Source of the DNA: an uncultured Chthonomonas sp.
Lineage (GTDB): Bacteria; Armatimonadota; Chthonomonadetes; Chthonomonadales; CAJBBX01
Direction: 5' to 3'
Assembly (NCBI GenBank): GCA_903951425.1
Contig: CAJBBX010000118.1
Span: 85,273 to 149,272 of the forward strand
DNA: 64,000 bases
Below the pieces are notes generated by a model. The model was not told the origin of the DNA. It searched no databases and was given only the letters and a program-made list of their open reading frames with translations. Positions 48,602 to 58,900 of this stretch are shown piece after piece. The position numbers and the translations under genes are program-made. How positions within the stretch are numbered: the first letter of the stretch is position 1; each line of letters starts with the position of its first letter.

Positions 48602-49326
48602 CGGCCCCTTCCCAGCGCCTCTTCAGCCTCGGCCAGCGCCTGCGGGGTGCCTACGTCGGACCAGAGGCCCTGCAGCTTGTAGCCGCGGACGGGCTCGCCC
48701 TGGGCTATGAGCCAGCCTATGGCGTCGGTCAGCTCGTACTCGCCGCGCGGGGACAACTGCACCGAACCGAGGGCGGGCCAGATGGTGGGACCGTAGACGG
48801 ACAGGCCGCTCTGGTTCCAAGGGCCCACGGCCGTGCCGGCCGGCGGCTTCTCGATGATGCTGGTCATGCGCCGTCCATCCAGCGTGATGGCCGCACCCAC
48901 CGAGACGTCGCTGAGGTTGATGCCCACCAGGGCGGCGCAGGGCTCGTCCTCGAAGTCGCCCACGATGCCCTGGTAGTTGGCCACGTCCGTCAGGATGTCG
49001 CCGTACCCGCCCACGATGGCGTCGTCGCCGGCGAACTCGCGACCGTGCTTCAGGGCCGCCGCGGTACCGTGGATTTCAGTCTGCCAGACGTAGGAGAAGC
49101 GGGCATCCCACCGCGAGCCGTCACCGAAGTAGTCCTCGATGACCTTCCCGAAGTGCCCGATGACGAACTGGAACTGGTCGACGCCGGCGCCTCGCAGCCC
49201 GTTGACGATCCGCTCCAGCACAGGCACGCCCGCCACCGGCACCATGGGCTTGGGCCTGTCCGCCGTCAGCGCGCCCAGCCGCTTGCCCTTGCCCGCCGCC
49301 ATGAGGACAGCCTTACGAACCTTCAT
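48598..49326 (-). CDS. Sugar-phosphate nucleotidyltransferase
   Basis: MAAGKGKRL, PKPM, YGD, IEKP, SPRGEYELTDAI, WSDVGT. Confidence 0.9.
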   Translation of the reverse strand: MKVRKAVLMAAGKGKRLGALTADRPKPMVPVAGVPVLERIVNGLRGAGVDQFQFVIGHFGKVIEDYFGDGSRWDARFSYVWQTEIHGTAAALKHGREFAGDDAIVGGYGDILTDVANYQGIVGDFEDEPCAALVGINLSDVSVGAAITLDGRRMTSIIEKPPAGTAVGPWNQSGLSVYGPTIWPALGSVQLSPRGEYELTDAIGWLIAQGEPVRGYKLQGLWSDVGTPQALAEAEEALGRGR

Positions 49327-49448
49327 TCAGATCCCCCATACCGTGAACCGCCCATCCCGGTCGTGCCTCGCAACGAGACGGAGCACCGCGACGATCCGCC
49401 GTCGCCGTACCTTTCGACTTTAGCCTTGCCCCTGTCGACTTCCTCGCC

Positions 49449-50006
49449 CTATCTGGACGCCAGCAGCTTCCGCACCAGTTGCAGTGTCATGCGGCAGTCC
49501 GCTATGGCCGAATGGGCGTCGAGGACCGGGATGCCCTGGTGCTGGCAGGCGACGCCCAGCTTGTGCCACCGGAAGTCGCCGGGCCGGCGGCCCGGCTCGC
49601 CCTTGAACTCGGCGTAGGTCCGCATGGCGCAGAGCCAGGAGAGTGGCGTACGGGACCAGTCGATGAGCAGGCCGCGCATATTGGTGGACGACTTGAGGAT
49701 GCCCAGGTCGTATTCGGCGTTGTAGACGACGCAGTGGTGATCCGTCAGCAGGGCGCGAAGCTCGTCGCAAACATCGCTGATCTTCGGCGCGCCGGCCACC
49801 ATGGCGTTGGTGATGCCGTGGATGGCCACCGCGTCCGGCGGGATGGGCCGCAGCGGCTGGACGAGCGTGTCCATCAGCACGTCGCCGTCAGACGAGAGCA
49901 CGCCGATCTGCACCGCCTCGGCGCCCGGCCCGATGCCGGTGGTCTCAGTGTCCAGCACGACCCAGGGGTCCGACGCCAGCGCGGCTTTCAGCCTCTTCAT
50001 GAACAT
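49449..50006 (-). CDS. DEDDh 3'-5' exonuclease (DnaQ-like)
   Basis: LDTETTG, IHGIT, YNAEYD, AHSAIADC. AGGAGG RBS. Confidence 0.9.
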   Translation of the reverse strand: MFMKRLKAALASDPWVVLDTETTGIGPGAEAVQIGVLSSDGDVLMDTLVQPLRPIPPDAVAIHGITNAMVAGAPKISDVCDELRALLTDHHCVVYNAEYDLGILKSSTNMRGLLIDWSRTPLSWLCAMRTYAEFKGEPGRRPGDFRWHKLGVACQHQGIPVLDAHSAIADCRMTLQLVRKLLASR

Positions 50007-50018
50007 GGTCGATCCTCC

Positions 50019-51551
50019 CTAGCCGACGATGCCGGCCACCTCGGCGAAGTCCTCGCGGAGGTGGGCGTAGAGCTTGCGATAAACGCCGTGGTACCGCTTG
50101 TAGGCGGCGTGGTTCACCGGGCAGACGTCGGACCCGGCGTCGGTGACGCGGATCACCTGTCGGCAGGCCGCCTCGACGCTGGGATAGACGCCCGCGCCCA
50201 CGCCCGCCAGCAGGGCAACGCCCAGGGCCGGGCCCTCGTCCACGTTGGTCAAGACGTGCGGGTGGCCGGTGACGTCGGCCTGGATGGCGCGCCATAGCGG
50301 GCTGCGGGCGCCACCGCCGGAGGCCCGGACCTGGCGGATGGGCAGTCCAATCTCCTCCATGATGCCGAAGCTGTCTGCCAGACCGTAGGCCACTCCCTCC
50401 AGCACTGCGCGGGCGAAGTGGGCCTTGCCGGTGCGGCGCGTGGCGCCGAAGAAGACGCCCCGGGCCGAGGGGTCGGGGTAGGGCGTCCGCTCGCCGGTGA
50501 GGTAGGGCAGGAAGAGGAGCCCCTCGGACGCGGCGGGCGCCTGGGCGGCCTCGGCGCAGATCAACTCGTAGGGATCGCGGCCCAGGGCGGCTGCCACGGC
50601 CTTCTCCTCGGTGCAGAAGGTGTCGCGGTACCACTGCAACGAGCCGCCCGCCGAGAGCATGACGCCCATGAGGTGCCACTTGCCGGGCACGGCGTGGCAG
50701 AAGGTATGGAGCCGCAGGGCGGGATCGACGATGGGTCTGTCCGAGAAGGCGAAGACCACGCCGGAGGTGCCCACGGTGCTGCTGACGATGCCCGTCTCCA
50801 CGATGCCGCTACCCACGGCGCCGGCGGCCTGATCGCCGCCGCCTCCGACCACAGGGGTGCCCGGGGTCAGACCGGTGAGGCCCGCGGCTTCGTCGGTGAT
50901 CGTACCGGAGACCTCGGGCGACTCCCAGGCGCGGGGCATCCAGTCGCGGGGGATGCCGCAGCCGTCCAGCATGCCGTCGGCCCAGCGTCGGTTGGGCACG
51001 TCGAAGAGGGCGGTGCCGGAGGCGTCGGAGACCTCGGTGGCGAACTCGCCGGTGAGCTTCAGGCGGATATAGTCCTTGGGCAGCAGCACCTTGCGGACAC
51101 GAGCATAGGCCTCGGGCTCGTGGTTGCGGAGCCAAACAATCTTGCCCGCCGTGAAGCCCGTAAGCACCGGGTTGGAGATCATCTCGACCACGCGGTCGCG
51201 GCCGATGGTCTCCATAATCCAGTCACACTCGGCCTGCGTCCGCTGGTCGTTCCAGAGGATGGCTGGGCGGATGACGCGGTTGGCCTCGTCGAGGAAGACC
51301 GCTCCGTGCATCTGCCCTGAGAGGCCCACGCCGCGCACCTCGCGGGGGTCGATGCCGGAGGTTTCCACCACCTGGCGCACGGTGGCGCAGGTGGCCGACC
51401 ACCAGTCGGCTGGATCCTGCTCCGACCAGAGCGGGCGAGGGCTGTAGAGCGGATACTCGGCCGTGGCGCGGGCGAGCACGAGGCCCGTCTCGTCGATGAG
51501 GATCGTCTTGGTGCCGCTGGTGCCGATGTCGATGCCGATCAGGTAGGCCAC
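50019..51551 (-). CDS. xylB: Xylulokinase (FGGY family)
   Basis: GIDIGTSGTK, SGQMHG, ILWND, SDASGT, GGGDQAAGA, PYLTGERTP, GGGARS. Confidence 0.88.
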   Translation of the reverse strand: MAYLIGIDIGTSGTKTILIDETGLVLARATAEYPLYSPRPLWSEQDPADWWSATCATVRQVVETSGIDPREVRGVGLSGQMHGAVFLDEANRVIRPAILWNDQRTQAECDWIMETIGRDRVVEMISNPVLTGFTAGKIVWLRNHEPEAYARVRKVLLPKDYIRLKLTGEFATEVSDASGTALFDVPNRRWADGMLDGCGIPRDWMPRAWESPEVSGTITDEAAGLTGLTPGTPVVGGGGDQAAGAVGSGIVETGIVSSTVGTSGVVFAFSDRPIVDPALRLHTFCHAVPGKWHLMGVMLSAGGSLQWYRDTFCTEEKAVAAALGRDPYELICAEAAQAPAASEGLLFLPYLTGERTPYPDPSARGVFFGATRRTGKAHFARAVLEGVAYGLADSFGIMEEIGLPIRQVRASGGGARSPLWRAIQADVTGHPHVLTNVDEGPALGVALLAGVGAGVYPSVEAACRQVIRVTDAGSDVCPVNHAAYKRYHGVYRKLYAHLREDFAEVAGIVG

Positions 51552-51554
51552 GGG

Positions 51555-53069
51555 TTACTCCTCCTCTTCAGCGGCCGGGCGCTCCTGCGCCTTGTCGGCC
51601 TCGCCGGCGTTCTTGGTGGCGGCGGCCCGGTCGGCCTCCATCTCCGCCACGCTCTTGGTGTGCAGCCGCGCGGCGCCCTGGTAGCCTTCGCGCACGGGCA
51701 GCATCGGCCCCTTGGTCAGTCGCTTGCGGGCGGCGGCGATGGGCTTCTTGTACTGCGGGAGCCACTGGGCCTGCCCGACGAGGAGCTCGTCCACCATCTG
51801 CCAGACCTCGGGCGGGTTGCAGACCGCGCCGGTGAGCGGGTCCATCATCATGGCCTGGCGGAGGAGCGTGTCGTCGCCATGGACGGCGGCCTCGACGGCC
51901 ATCCGCTGCACGGTGACGCTGGCGTTGCAGACGGCGGCGCAGCCCAGCGGCAGGTCGCCCACCTTGGGGATGCCCATGCCGTTGTAGTCGACGTAGCCGG
52001 GGGTCTCGATGATGGCGTCATCCGGCAGGTTGGTGATGCAGCCCCGGTTCACCACGTTGAAGTGGCCACGGTAGCAGCGACCGGTCTCCAGCGACTCGAT
52101 GATGTAGGAGCCGTGCTCGTGGCCGCGGTTGGCAGGCTTGTAGTCGATGGGCGGCGAGGCCATCCAGTTCGGGAAGTCGTGGTCGAACCAGTTGCGGCCC
52201 TCGACGCAGACGCGGAGGTAACCGCCGGTCTCGCCGTTGATCCAGCTGCCGAGGTCGATCCAGTCGCGAATCTGGCCCTCGCGCTTGCGGTACCAGGGCA
52301 GGTACTCGCTCAGGTGGCCGTTGGACTCGGTGGAGTAGTAGCCGAAGCGGCGCATCATGTCGATGCGGACCTTCTCGGTGCGGCTCAGCTCCGGATGGGC
52401 CTCAAAGGCGGCGAGGACCTTATGCGTCAGGTCGCGGCCCTTGTGCTTGACGCTGATGTACCAGGTCTGGTGGTTGATGCCCGCGCAGATGATGTCCACC
52501 TCGTTCTGCGGCAGGCCCAGGGCCATGGCGATCTGCCAGTGCCCGCCCTGCACGCCGTGGCAGAGGCCCACGGCTCGGACGCCCCCATACTTGGTGATGG
52601 CCCACGTGTTCATGGCCATGGGGTTGGAGTAGTTAAGGAAGAGGCAGTCCGGCGCCGCCACCTCGCGGATATCCTTGCAGAAGTCCAGCAGCACGGGGAT
52701 GGTGCGCTGGCCGTACATTATGCCGCCGGGCGCCAGCGTATCGCCCACGCACTGGTCCACGCCGTACCGCAAGGGGATGTCGATGTCGGTCTGGAAGGCC
52801 TCCAGGCCGCCCACACGGACAAAGGAGAAGACGTAGTCGGCCCCCTCCAGCGCCTCGCGGCGGCTGGCAGTGGCGGTCACCGTGGCGGCGATGCCGTTGG
52901 CCTCGATGTCCCGGGCGCAGAGCCGGTACACCATGTCCAGGTTGTGCTCGTTGATGTCGGTGAACGCGAACTGGGTGTCCTGAAGCTCGGGCACGCACAG
53001 GATGTCGCGAACGATGGCTCGGGTGAACCCGACGCTCCCGGCGCCGATGCATGCGACCTTGATGGGCAT
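51555..53069 (-). CDS. melA: GH4 alpha-galactosidase (NAD+/Mn2+-dependent)
   Basis: IGAGSVGF, QCVGDT, LNYSNPM, GLCHG, AGINH, TESNGHLSEY. Confidence 0.85.
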   Translation of the reverse strand: MPIKVACIGAGSVGFTRAIVRDILCVPELQDTQFAFTDINEHNLDMVYRLCARDIEANGIAATVTATASRREALEGADYVFSFVRVGGLEAFQTDIDIPLRYGVDQCVGDTLAPGGIMYGQRTIPVLLDFCKDIREVAAPDCLFLNYSNPMAMNTWAITKYGGVRAVGLCHGVQGGHWQIAMALGLPQNEVDIICAGINHQTWYISVKHKGRDLTHKVLAAFEAHPELSRTEKVRIDMMRRFGYYSTESNGHLSEYLPWYRKREGQIRDWIDLGSWINGETGGYLRVCVEGRNWFDHDFPNWMASPPIDYKPANRGHEHGSYIIESLETGRCYRGHFNVVNRGCITNLPDDAIIETPGYVDYNGMGIPKVGDLPLGCAAVCNASVTVQRMAVEAAVHGDDTLLRQAMMMDPLTGAVCNPPEVWQMVDELLVGQAQWLPQYKKPIAAARKRLTKGPMLPVREGYQGAARLHTKSVAEMEADRAAATKNAGEADKAQERPAAEEEE

Positions 53070-53111
53070 GGTGGTTATCCTCTGGGTGGGTGTGATGGCG
53101 TCGATCAGGCA

Positions 53112-55880
53112 CTACGGCTGCAGCGGCAGCTTCACCTTGGCCGGACCGAAGACGCTGATGCCGGCCAGCGACGTGAAGTCCGTCTCTTGGTCGCTGACGA
53201 TACGCAGATAGCGCGCGCGTACGGGCCGCGCCCCGTATGTTACCCAACGCCGCTGGGGCCGCTGGGGGTCGATGTCGCGGTCGTTGGCCATGGCGTAGGC
53301 GAACGAGAGCGGCCCCTGCCGTGCGATCGTCGTAACGCCGCGGCGGAACTCGGGCTCGTCGGAGACCTCTATGTGGAACCGGGGGAAGAACCGTCCGTGG
53401 TCCTGCGATTGTTCCAGGCTCACGGCCGCCACCTCGATCGGGCGACCCAGGTCCAGCCGGATCCAGGAGCCTGCGACGGCCGAGCCGCCGATCCAGGTCG
53501 ATCCGTGGACGCCGTCGACGAGGTGGTCGATCCCCTCGGCGACGAGCGACGTGGTGGCGCGGCGCTGGTCGGCCAGGTCGTCGGACCAGTTGACCTCCGC
53601 CGGGACGATGTTGGTCTGCACCGGGAGTGCGTAGCGGGCGCGGTGGCCCTGCCAGGTGGCCTTGTTGAAGTCGAAGAGGCGGACGAACCGCCAGTCGGTC
53701 TGGCCGAGGGCCTCGACCTTCAGGAGGAGGACCACGTTGACGCCGACCACGTCGATGCGGCCGAAGGGGTTACGCTTGAGCAGCGTATGCCCCGTAGCAG
53801 TCGTCGCGTCGGCCTTTTCGCCGCTCTCCTGCATGGGCAGTTCGAGGAGACCGATGGCGTTGGGTACGAGGCCCTCGGCCACCAAGCCCTTCTCGTCGAT
53901 CCGGTTGTCGGAGCACTGCCAGATAGTAACCCTGGCCGCGGGCAGGCCGGAGCCGTCGGCCGCCAGGAGACGCACGGCGCAGGAGCGGGGCAGGTCGTAC
54001 TGCCACTCGCCGTAGAATCCGTTGCGGTAGGGCGTGCCCGCGTTGAGCCCGCAGACCGTGTGCGCCTCGTAGAGGCCCGTCCCCTCGGTGTAGGCCGGGT
54101 TGGGCCGGCAATCGTCGCCGCCCATGAGGCCGGCGTAGGCATACATGGAGCCTCGTGTGACGTAAGTGTCGCCCTGCTTCAGCTTCACCTTGCCGTTGGG
54201 CTCGCCGGGCATGGAGGGCTCCTGATTGGACCAGTAGGCGTCGAACGCGCCCAACACCTGGTGGCTCAGCTCGTGGATGAGCGAGCCCTCCAGGAAGATG
54301 CGCGTGGCCCGCACGAAGTCCTTGAGCTCCTGTACCTTGGCCGGATCGGCCGCGTCAGGGCCTTCCAGCCATTCGGCGCCCCACTCGCCGTCGAAGTGGA
54401 AGTCTGGCTTGTCGGCCAGACGGTGGATCGGCCCGTGGAGCTTGCCGTCGGCGACGATCTCGATCTCATCCAAGGTCACGCGCTGGCGGCAGCCGTCCGG
54501 GGCCAGGCCGTCGAACCGGGAACGGTCGAGGAAGGTCTCGTTCCAGATTTGCTCGTGCCACTTCAGGTAGTCCTCGAAGCTGTAGGAGCCGTAGGCCGAG
54601 AGGAACTTGCGGCCGTAGTCATAGACCGAGCGCTCGACCCAGTGCTTCCAGGTACGGGCCTTGATGTACTTGGTCTGGGCGTTGTTGTTCTTGGTGATCT
54701 CGGGGACCTTGCCCGCCGGGTCCACCTCGAGCATGAGCAACTCGTCGCGGATGTCCGCCATCCCGCCGCGCCATGCCAGCCGCACGCTGAGGCGCACTTC
54801 GGCGTCGGGCGCCAGGCGGACCGTGGTGGTCCCGCCGGCGATGCGCTTGCCGTTGTAGGTCCAGACGTAGTCCAGCGGCCCGGCGTAGGGGTCGAATCCC
54901 GTGTTCTTGATGTGCGCCGCGTAGGTGAGCAACTGGCCCGGCTTCGGCCACTTCTGCGTGGCGGCGTTCAGCGGCCGGGTCATGATGCCGGGGTTGTCGG
55001 ATCGGAAGGGCTTGCGGGCGTAGGCGGTCTCGCCGTCGTCGTGGTAGCGCAGGAAGCGCGGAGTGCGTTCGATGAAGGTGACGTTCAGGTCGATGCCCCT
55101 GGCTTCGCCTTCGCCCTCGGTGGGCGCGAAGGTGACCTCCAGCGCGGGCCGGAGCCGCTCGTCCATGCACTCCGAGCTGTAGAACGAGACGGGCTGCCTG
55201 CCGCCGATGGGGTCGACCGTCTCCAGGACCCAGCCGCGGTTGCGGTACTGGCGCGCCAGCCAGCTTCGCACGTCCTCCGTGAGCCCGGAGCCCTGCAGGA
55301 CCAGCGCGCCCGTGGAGGCGTCCACGCTGACCGAGGTGTCCCAGCTACCCGTGGGGCGCAGGCGACGATCCTCGCGGCCCGAGGCGCCGGGCAGATGCCA
55401 CGCCACGCGATTGCTGCGCGGGCTGTGGAAGGCCGAGCCCCACGTGGAGGTCCAGTACTGCCCCTCGCCGTCGCCGCCGCCCTCGCGCCAGTCCGCCTCC
55501 ATGCGGCTGAGCCGGAGCCGCACGTTGGGTCCGAAGCGCCCCGGAACCGGGTGGAGGATGAGCCGTGCGGAGAGTACTTGCGAGCGACGCCAGACGGCGC
55601 GGTTCAGCTGCCCGAACTTCAGCAGGATCCGGTCCCGCCGCCCCGCGGCGAGCGTCAGGGCCTGCGCCGCACCGAAGTTGGCGCTCGGACGCCCGGCGTC
55701 CAGCGTGGTGTCCTGAACATCCATGTAGGTGTAGGACTTCTCCGCCCAGCGCACGGCCATGGCCCGGTACGGGTCGATGCGCTCCATGCGGCGAAGCAGC
55801 ACCGTCTGTTCGGGCAGCGCGGCCGGGGCCGGTCCGGCGGCGGCGCACACCAGGGCCAACAGGGCAAACGTCCAGCACAT
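53112..55880 (-). CDS. Secreted multidomain protein: DNRLRE-like + CARDB-like + HExxH + F5/8 type C-like
   Basis: QDTTL...NFG...LLKF...RPALEV, VDPAGKVPEITKNNN, IHELSH, LVDG...W...WIRLDLG...ARYLRI. Confidence 0.6.
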   Translation of the reverse strand: MCWTFALLALVCAAAGPAPAALPEQTVLLRRMERIDPYRAMAVRWAEKSYTYMDVQDTTLDAGRPSANFGAAQALTLAAGRRDRILLKFGQLNRAVWRRSQVLSARLILHPVPGRFGPNVRLRLSRMEADWREGGGDGEGQYWTSTWGSAFHSPRSNRVAWHLPGASGREDRRLRPTGSWDTSVSVDASTGALVLQGSGLTEDVRSWLARQYRNRGWVLETVDPIGGRQPVSFYSSECMDERLRPALEVTFAPTEGEGEARGIDLNVTFIERTPRFLRYHDDGETAYARKPFRSDNPGIMTRPLNAATQKWPKPGQLLTYAAHIKNTGFDPYAGPLDYVWTYNGKRIAGGTTTVRLAPDAEVRLSVRLAWRGGMADIRDELLMLEVDPAGKVPEITKNNNAQTKYIKARTWKHWVERSVYDYGRKFLSAYGSYSFEDYLKWHEQIWNETFLDRSRFDGLAPDGCRQRVTLDEIEIVADGKLHGPIHRLADKPDFHFDGEWGAEWLEGPDAADPAKVQELKDFVRATRIFLEGSLIHELSHQVLGAFDAYWSNQEPSMPGEPNGKVKLKQGDTYVTRGSMYAYAGLMGGDDCRPNPAYTEGTGLYEAHTVCGLNAGTPYRNGFYGEWQYDLPRSCAVRLLAADGSGLPAARVTIWQCSDNRIDEKGLVAEGLVPNAIGLLELPMQESGEKADATTATGHTLLKRNPFGRIDVVGVNVVLLLKVEALGQTDWRFVRLFDFNKATWQGHRARYALPVQTNIVPAEVNWSDDLADQRRATTSLVAEGIDHLVDGVHGSTWIGGSAVAGSWIRLDLGRPIEVAAVSLEQSQDHGRFFPRFHIEVSDEPEFRRGVTTIARQGPLSFAYAMANDRDIDPQRPQRRWVTYGARPVRARYLRIVSDQETDFTSLAGISVFGPAKVKLPLQP

Positions 55881-55919
55881 GGCGATAGGCTCCCCTCGAC
55901 GATCTGCGACACCGATGCG

Positions 55920-55947
55920 GTTCACCAAACGGGCCGCTCTTTCCTGC
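55920..55947 (-). promoter_or_regulatory. GCAGGA-N18-GAAC promoter-like motif (copy 3)
   Basis: Upstream of the DNRLRE/HExxH gene in the sense orientation. Confidence 0.6.
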
Positions 55948-55962
55948 GCGGCGTAGCGGCCT

Positions 55963-58900
55963 TCAGCGCGCCGGGCGGTACCGGATGGCTCCGGGCGCCG
56001 GCTGCAGCAGCATCATGCCGCCCGGCTCCGCGGCAACGGCCGCCCGCCCGATCTGCGCGCCGGATGCGTCATGGACTGTGAACGCGGCGCCACGGCCCAG
56101 CAGCGCGGCATCGGCTCGTAGCGGGTAGGGCGTGCCGAAGATCACCTCGGCGGCGCCGGGAGCCCCGCGCACCACCACCATGCCCGCAGTCACCAGCCCG
56201 CCGAAGTCGTGCTCCTTGCCGCCGCCGTCGGCGAACCGGAGGGCGTCGTCGCGGACGAAGCCGATGCGCCGCCCTTCCGCTTCGGTGCAGTAGGTCAGAA
56301 ACCCGTCCGGGCCGGTGGCGGCCCACGAGGAGGGCGTCAGCACGATGCCCTGTCCCGCGGGGACCTCCCACTTCTCGGCGTCCGAGCGGTTGACCCAGAC
56401 CGTGAGCCCGTTCCGGTAGCGGACCCGCACCGTGCCGCGCTCGTTGGCGCCTGTGATCAGCGCCTCGGAGACCTGCTGGAACCGGGAGCCGTCCCAGTAG
56501 CCGATGTCGACGACCGGCTCCTGGATCATCCGCCGCTGCAGGGCGCCCATGAGATGGTAGTAGCGCAGCGAGTCGGCGGGATCAGAGACCGGGAAGTAGC
56601 CCGCGTGGCCGTAGGCGATGGTGGTGGCCATGGTGTGGTAGAGGCCCGCCGACCAGGCTTCGCCGGGGAGCATGGAGAGGTCCGCCCCCTGCGGGTGGAG
56701 CCGCAGCAGGTCGAAATCGAGCAGGAGCGGCTGCTTCGGCGGGTCGGGCAGTCCCATCTGGCCGTAGCTGCCGTCAATGAGCCCGGCGTAGAAGGCGTGG
56801 TGGCTCCCCTCGGAGAAGCAGGGCGTGCCGTAGGTGCGGCGCTGCATGGCGAGGATTCGTGCATAGGCCTCGAAGGTGGTGCGCAGCTTCCCCGCGCCGG
56901 GCAGGCCCGCCTGGTAGTCCACATAGACCCAGGGCGCCACCGCAGTATGCACGTCGCAGTAGGTGGCGTTCACGCCGAACTTGGCGACCTGCCGGGGACC
57001 GTAGAGCGCGGACATCTCCACCGCCTTGCTGGGCTTGATGCTGAAGGTGGGCGGCCACGCGCGCTGCCACTCGTTCTCGGGCGTCCGCGTCACGTAGGCT
57101 TCGTCCCACGACTTGCCAAGCGGCGAGTAGTCGCAGTAGTTGTTGTACGGTCCTACCCTGTAGCCCAGGGCTCGCATGGCGGTGTAGTAACGCCGGATGC
57201 CCGCATCACCGCCGGCGTCGGGCGGGCCTTCGGCGGTCATGGTGTACTCCTGCGGGCCCTGGCCCACATCGCCGCCCTCGGTCCAGGAGTCCTCGTGCTG
57301 CGTGACGATGAGGTTGTCGATGCCGTACGCCTTGTACTCGCGGAAGCGGGCCAGCCAGGTCTCGAACCGGTTCGGAGCGGTGCCGCCCAAATGCGTGTAC
57401 ATGTGCGAACGCAGCACGGCCGTCATGGGACTGGGCGGGTTTGGGATGGAGGGCAGCACCTCCTCGAAGCGGGGCGAGACGGTAAGTACACAACGCTCGT
57501 TCAGCGGGACGCGCATGCCGTCGGTGAGGGGTCGGTAGGTCACGGAACCCGCGTAGGCCACCTCCGCCGGCGTCTCCAGCAAAGCGCGCCCTTCGAACCA
57601 GGATGCGTTGGTGGCGTACCAGTCAGGTAGGTGCGTGGCGAAGGCGTCGACGTCGGCCACGGCGCCCGCCCCGCCGGCGCCCATGAGCGAGTAGAAGGGG
57701 ATCGGGATGTAGCGTCCGGCGGCGAGGCCCGAGGCGCGCCCGAGGCGCAGGCCGGCCATCTCCGGGCGCGAGCAGGACCAGCTATGCACCAGCGATCGAC
57801 CCACGGCTCGCAGCGATAGGACCACCTCGACCGAGCGCGGCCCCAGCGACCAGCGCCACCGGGTACGCAACGTGTCGCCTGCCAGGACGGCCGAGAGGAG
57901 CGTCCGGCGCACGTCGCGGCGGTCGGGCTCGACGGCTTGGCCGTCTACCAGCCAGACAGGCCCGCAACCCACAGCAGGCCGGAAGCGAGACCTGCCGCAC
58001 CGGACTTCCAGGTCATCCAGCGTGCCCGTGTTCGGTGTGTAGACGTAGCCGACCTCGCCATGTGCGTTGGAGGAGGCGAAGACGAAGGAGCGGCCGGTTC
58101 GGCGAACGATCAACCGCACGGGGCTCAGGGGCGGCGGCACGATCGTGTCGCGCCGGGTGGGGATCGGCAGGGGCGGCTGCGGCGCGAAGGCGACCCTGGG
58201 CAGAGCCTCGGTGTAGAAGGCGACCGAATCGAAGTAGAGCGTGCGCGGGGCCTTGTTGCCGCAGTTGCGGATCTCGAGGCCAACGAACGCCGCAGGACCG
58301 TCCAACCGGCCGTTGCGGTCGCCGCCCTGGTAGGAGCGGCCGGGGTCCGCCGCGGGAGCCGCCGGGACGGTTCGGTGCAGCAGGCCCCAGAACTTCCAGT
58401 TGACGCGACCCGTGGGCAGGCGGTGCGTCTCGCCCGTCCGGTCGCGGACCAGCAGCACGATCTCCACCTGCGGCGTGGTGGGGTCAGGCATCCAGTCCCA
58501 GTTGTTGCCGAAGACCCACGCCTGCACGGCGTTCCAGCGGGCAGGCAGCGCGATGGGCCGTGGAGGGATCAGGACGATGCGGCCCGTGCCGTCGCTGGAC
58601 GAGTAGGTCAGCTTGCCCGTGGGCTTGCCGAAGAGCGGCTCCTCGGGCGAGCGGACGAACCGCACGGCCATCTCGCCGTAGGCCGTTGCGGTCCAGCCCG
58701 AGATGTTGTCGAACGTGACCTGAGCCGGGTGCGCCCGGCGGCGGCCCACGAAGCCGCGCAGGGCTGGGCGGACGGGGCCCGGCGACGTCTCCACCCCGGC
58801 GAGGGTCTTCGTGCCGGTCCGTGGCGCCACGTCGGACGCCTCAAGGGCGTCCATGTGGAAGGCGAAGGGCCTGGCGCCGCCGGCGGCCTCGTGCTGGGCG

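Noticed and set aside
48401-48682. 93-aa ORF as the toxin partner of the antitoxin
   Set aside because: No PIN (LLDT) or RelE features, and it overlaps two minus-strand ORFs.
51660-56081. 1473-aa plus-strand ORF
   Set aside because: Antisense shadow of melA and the HExxH gene, with no motifs. Long stop-free reverse frames are expected at high GC3.
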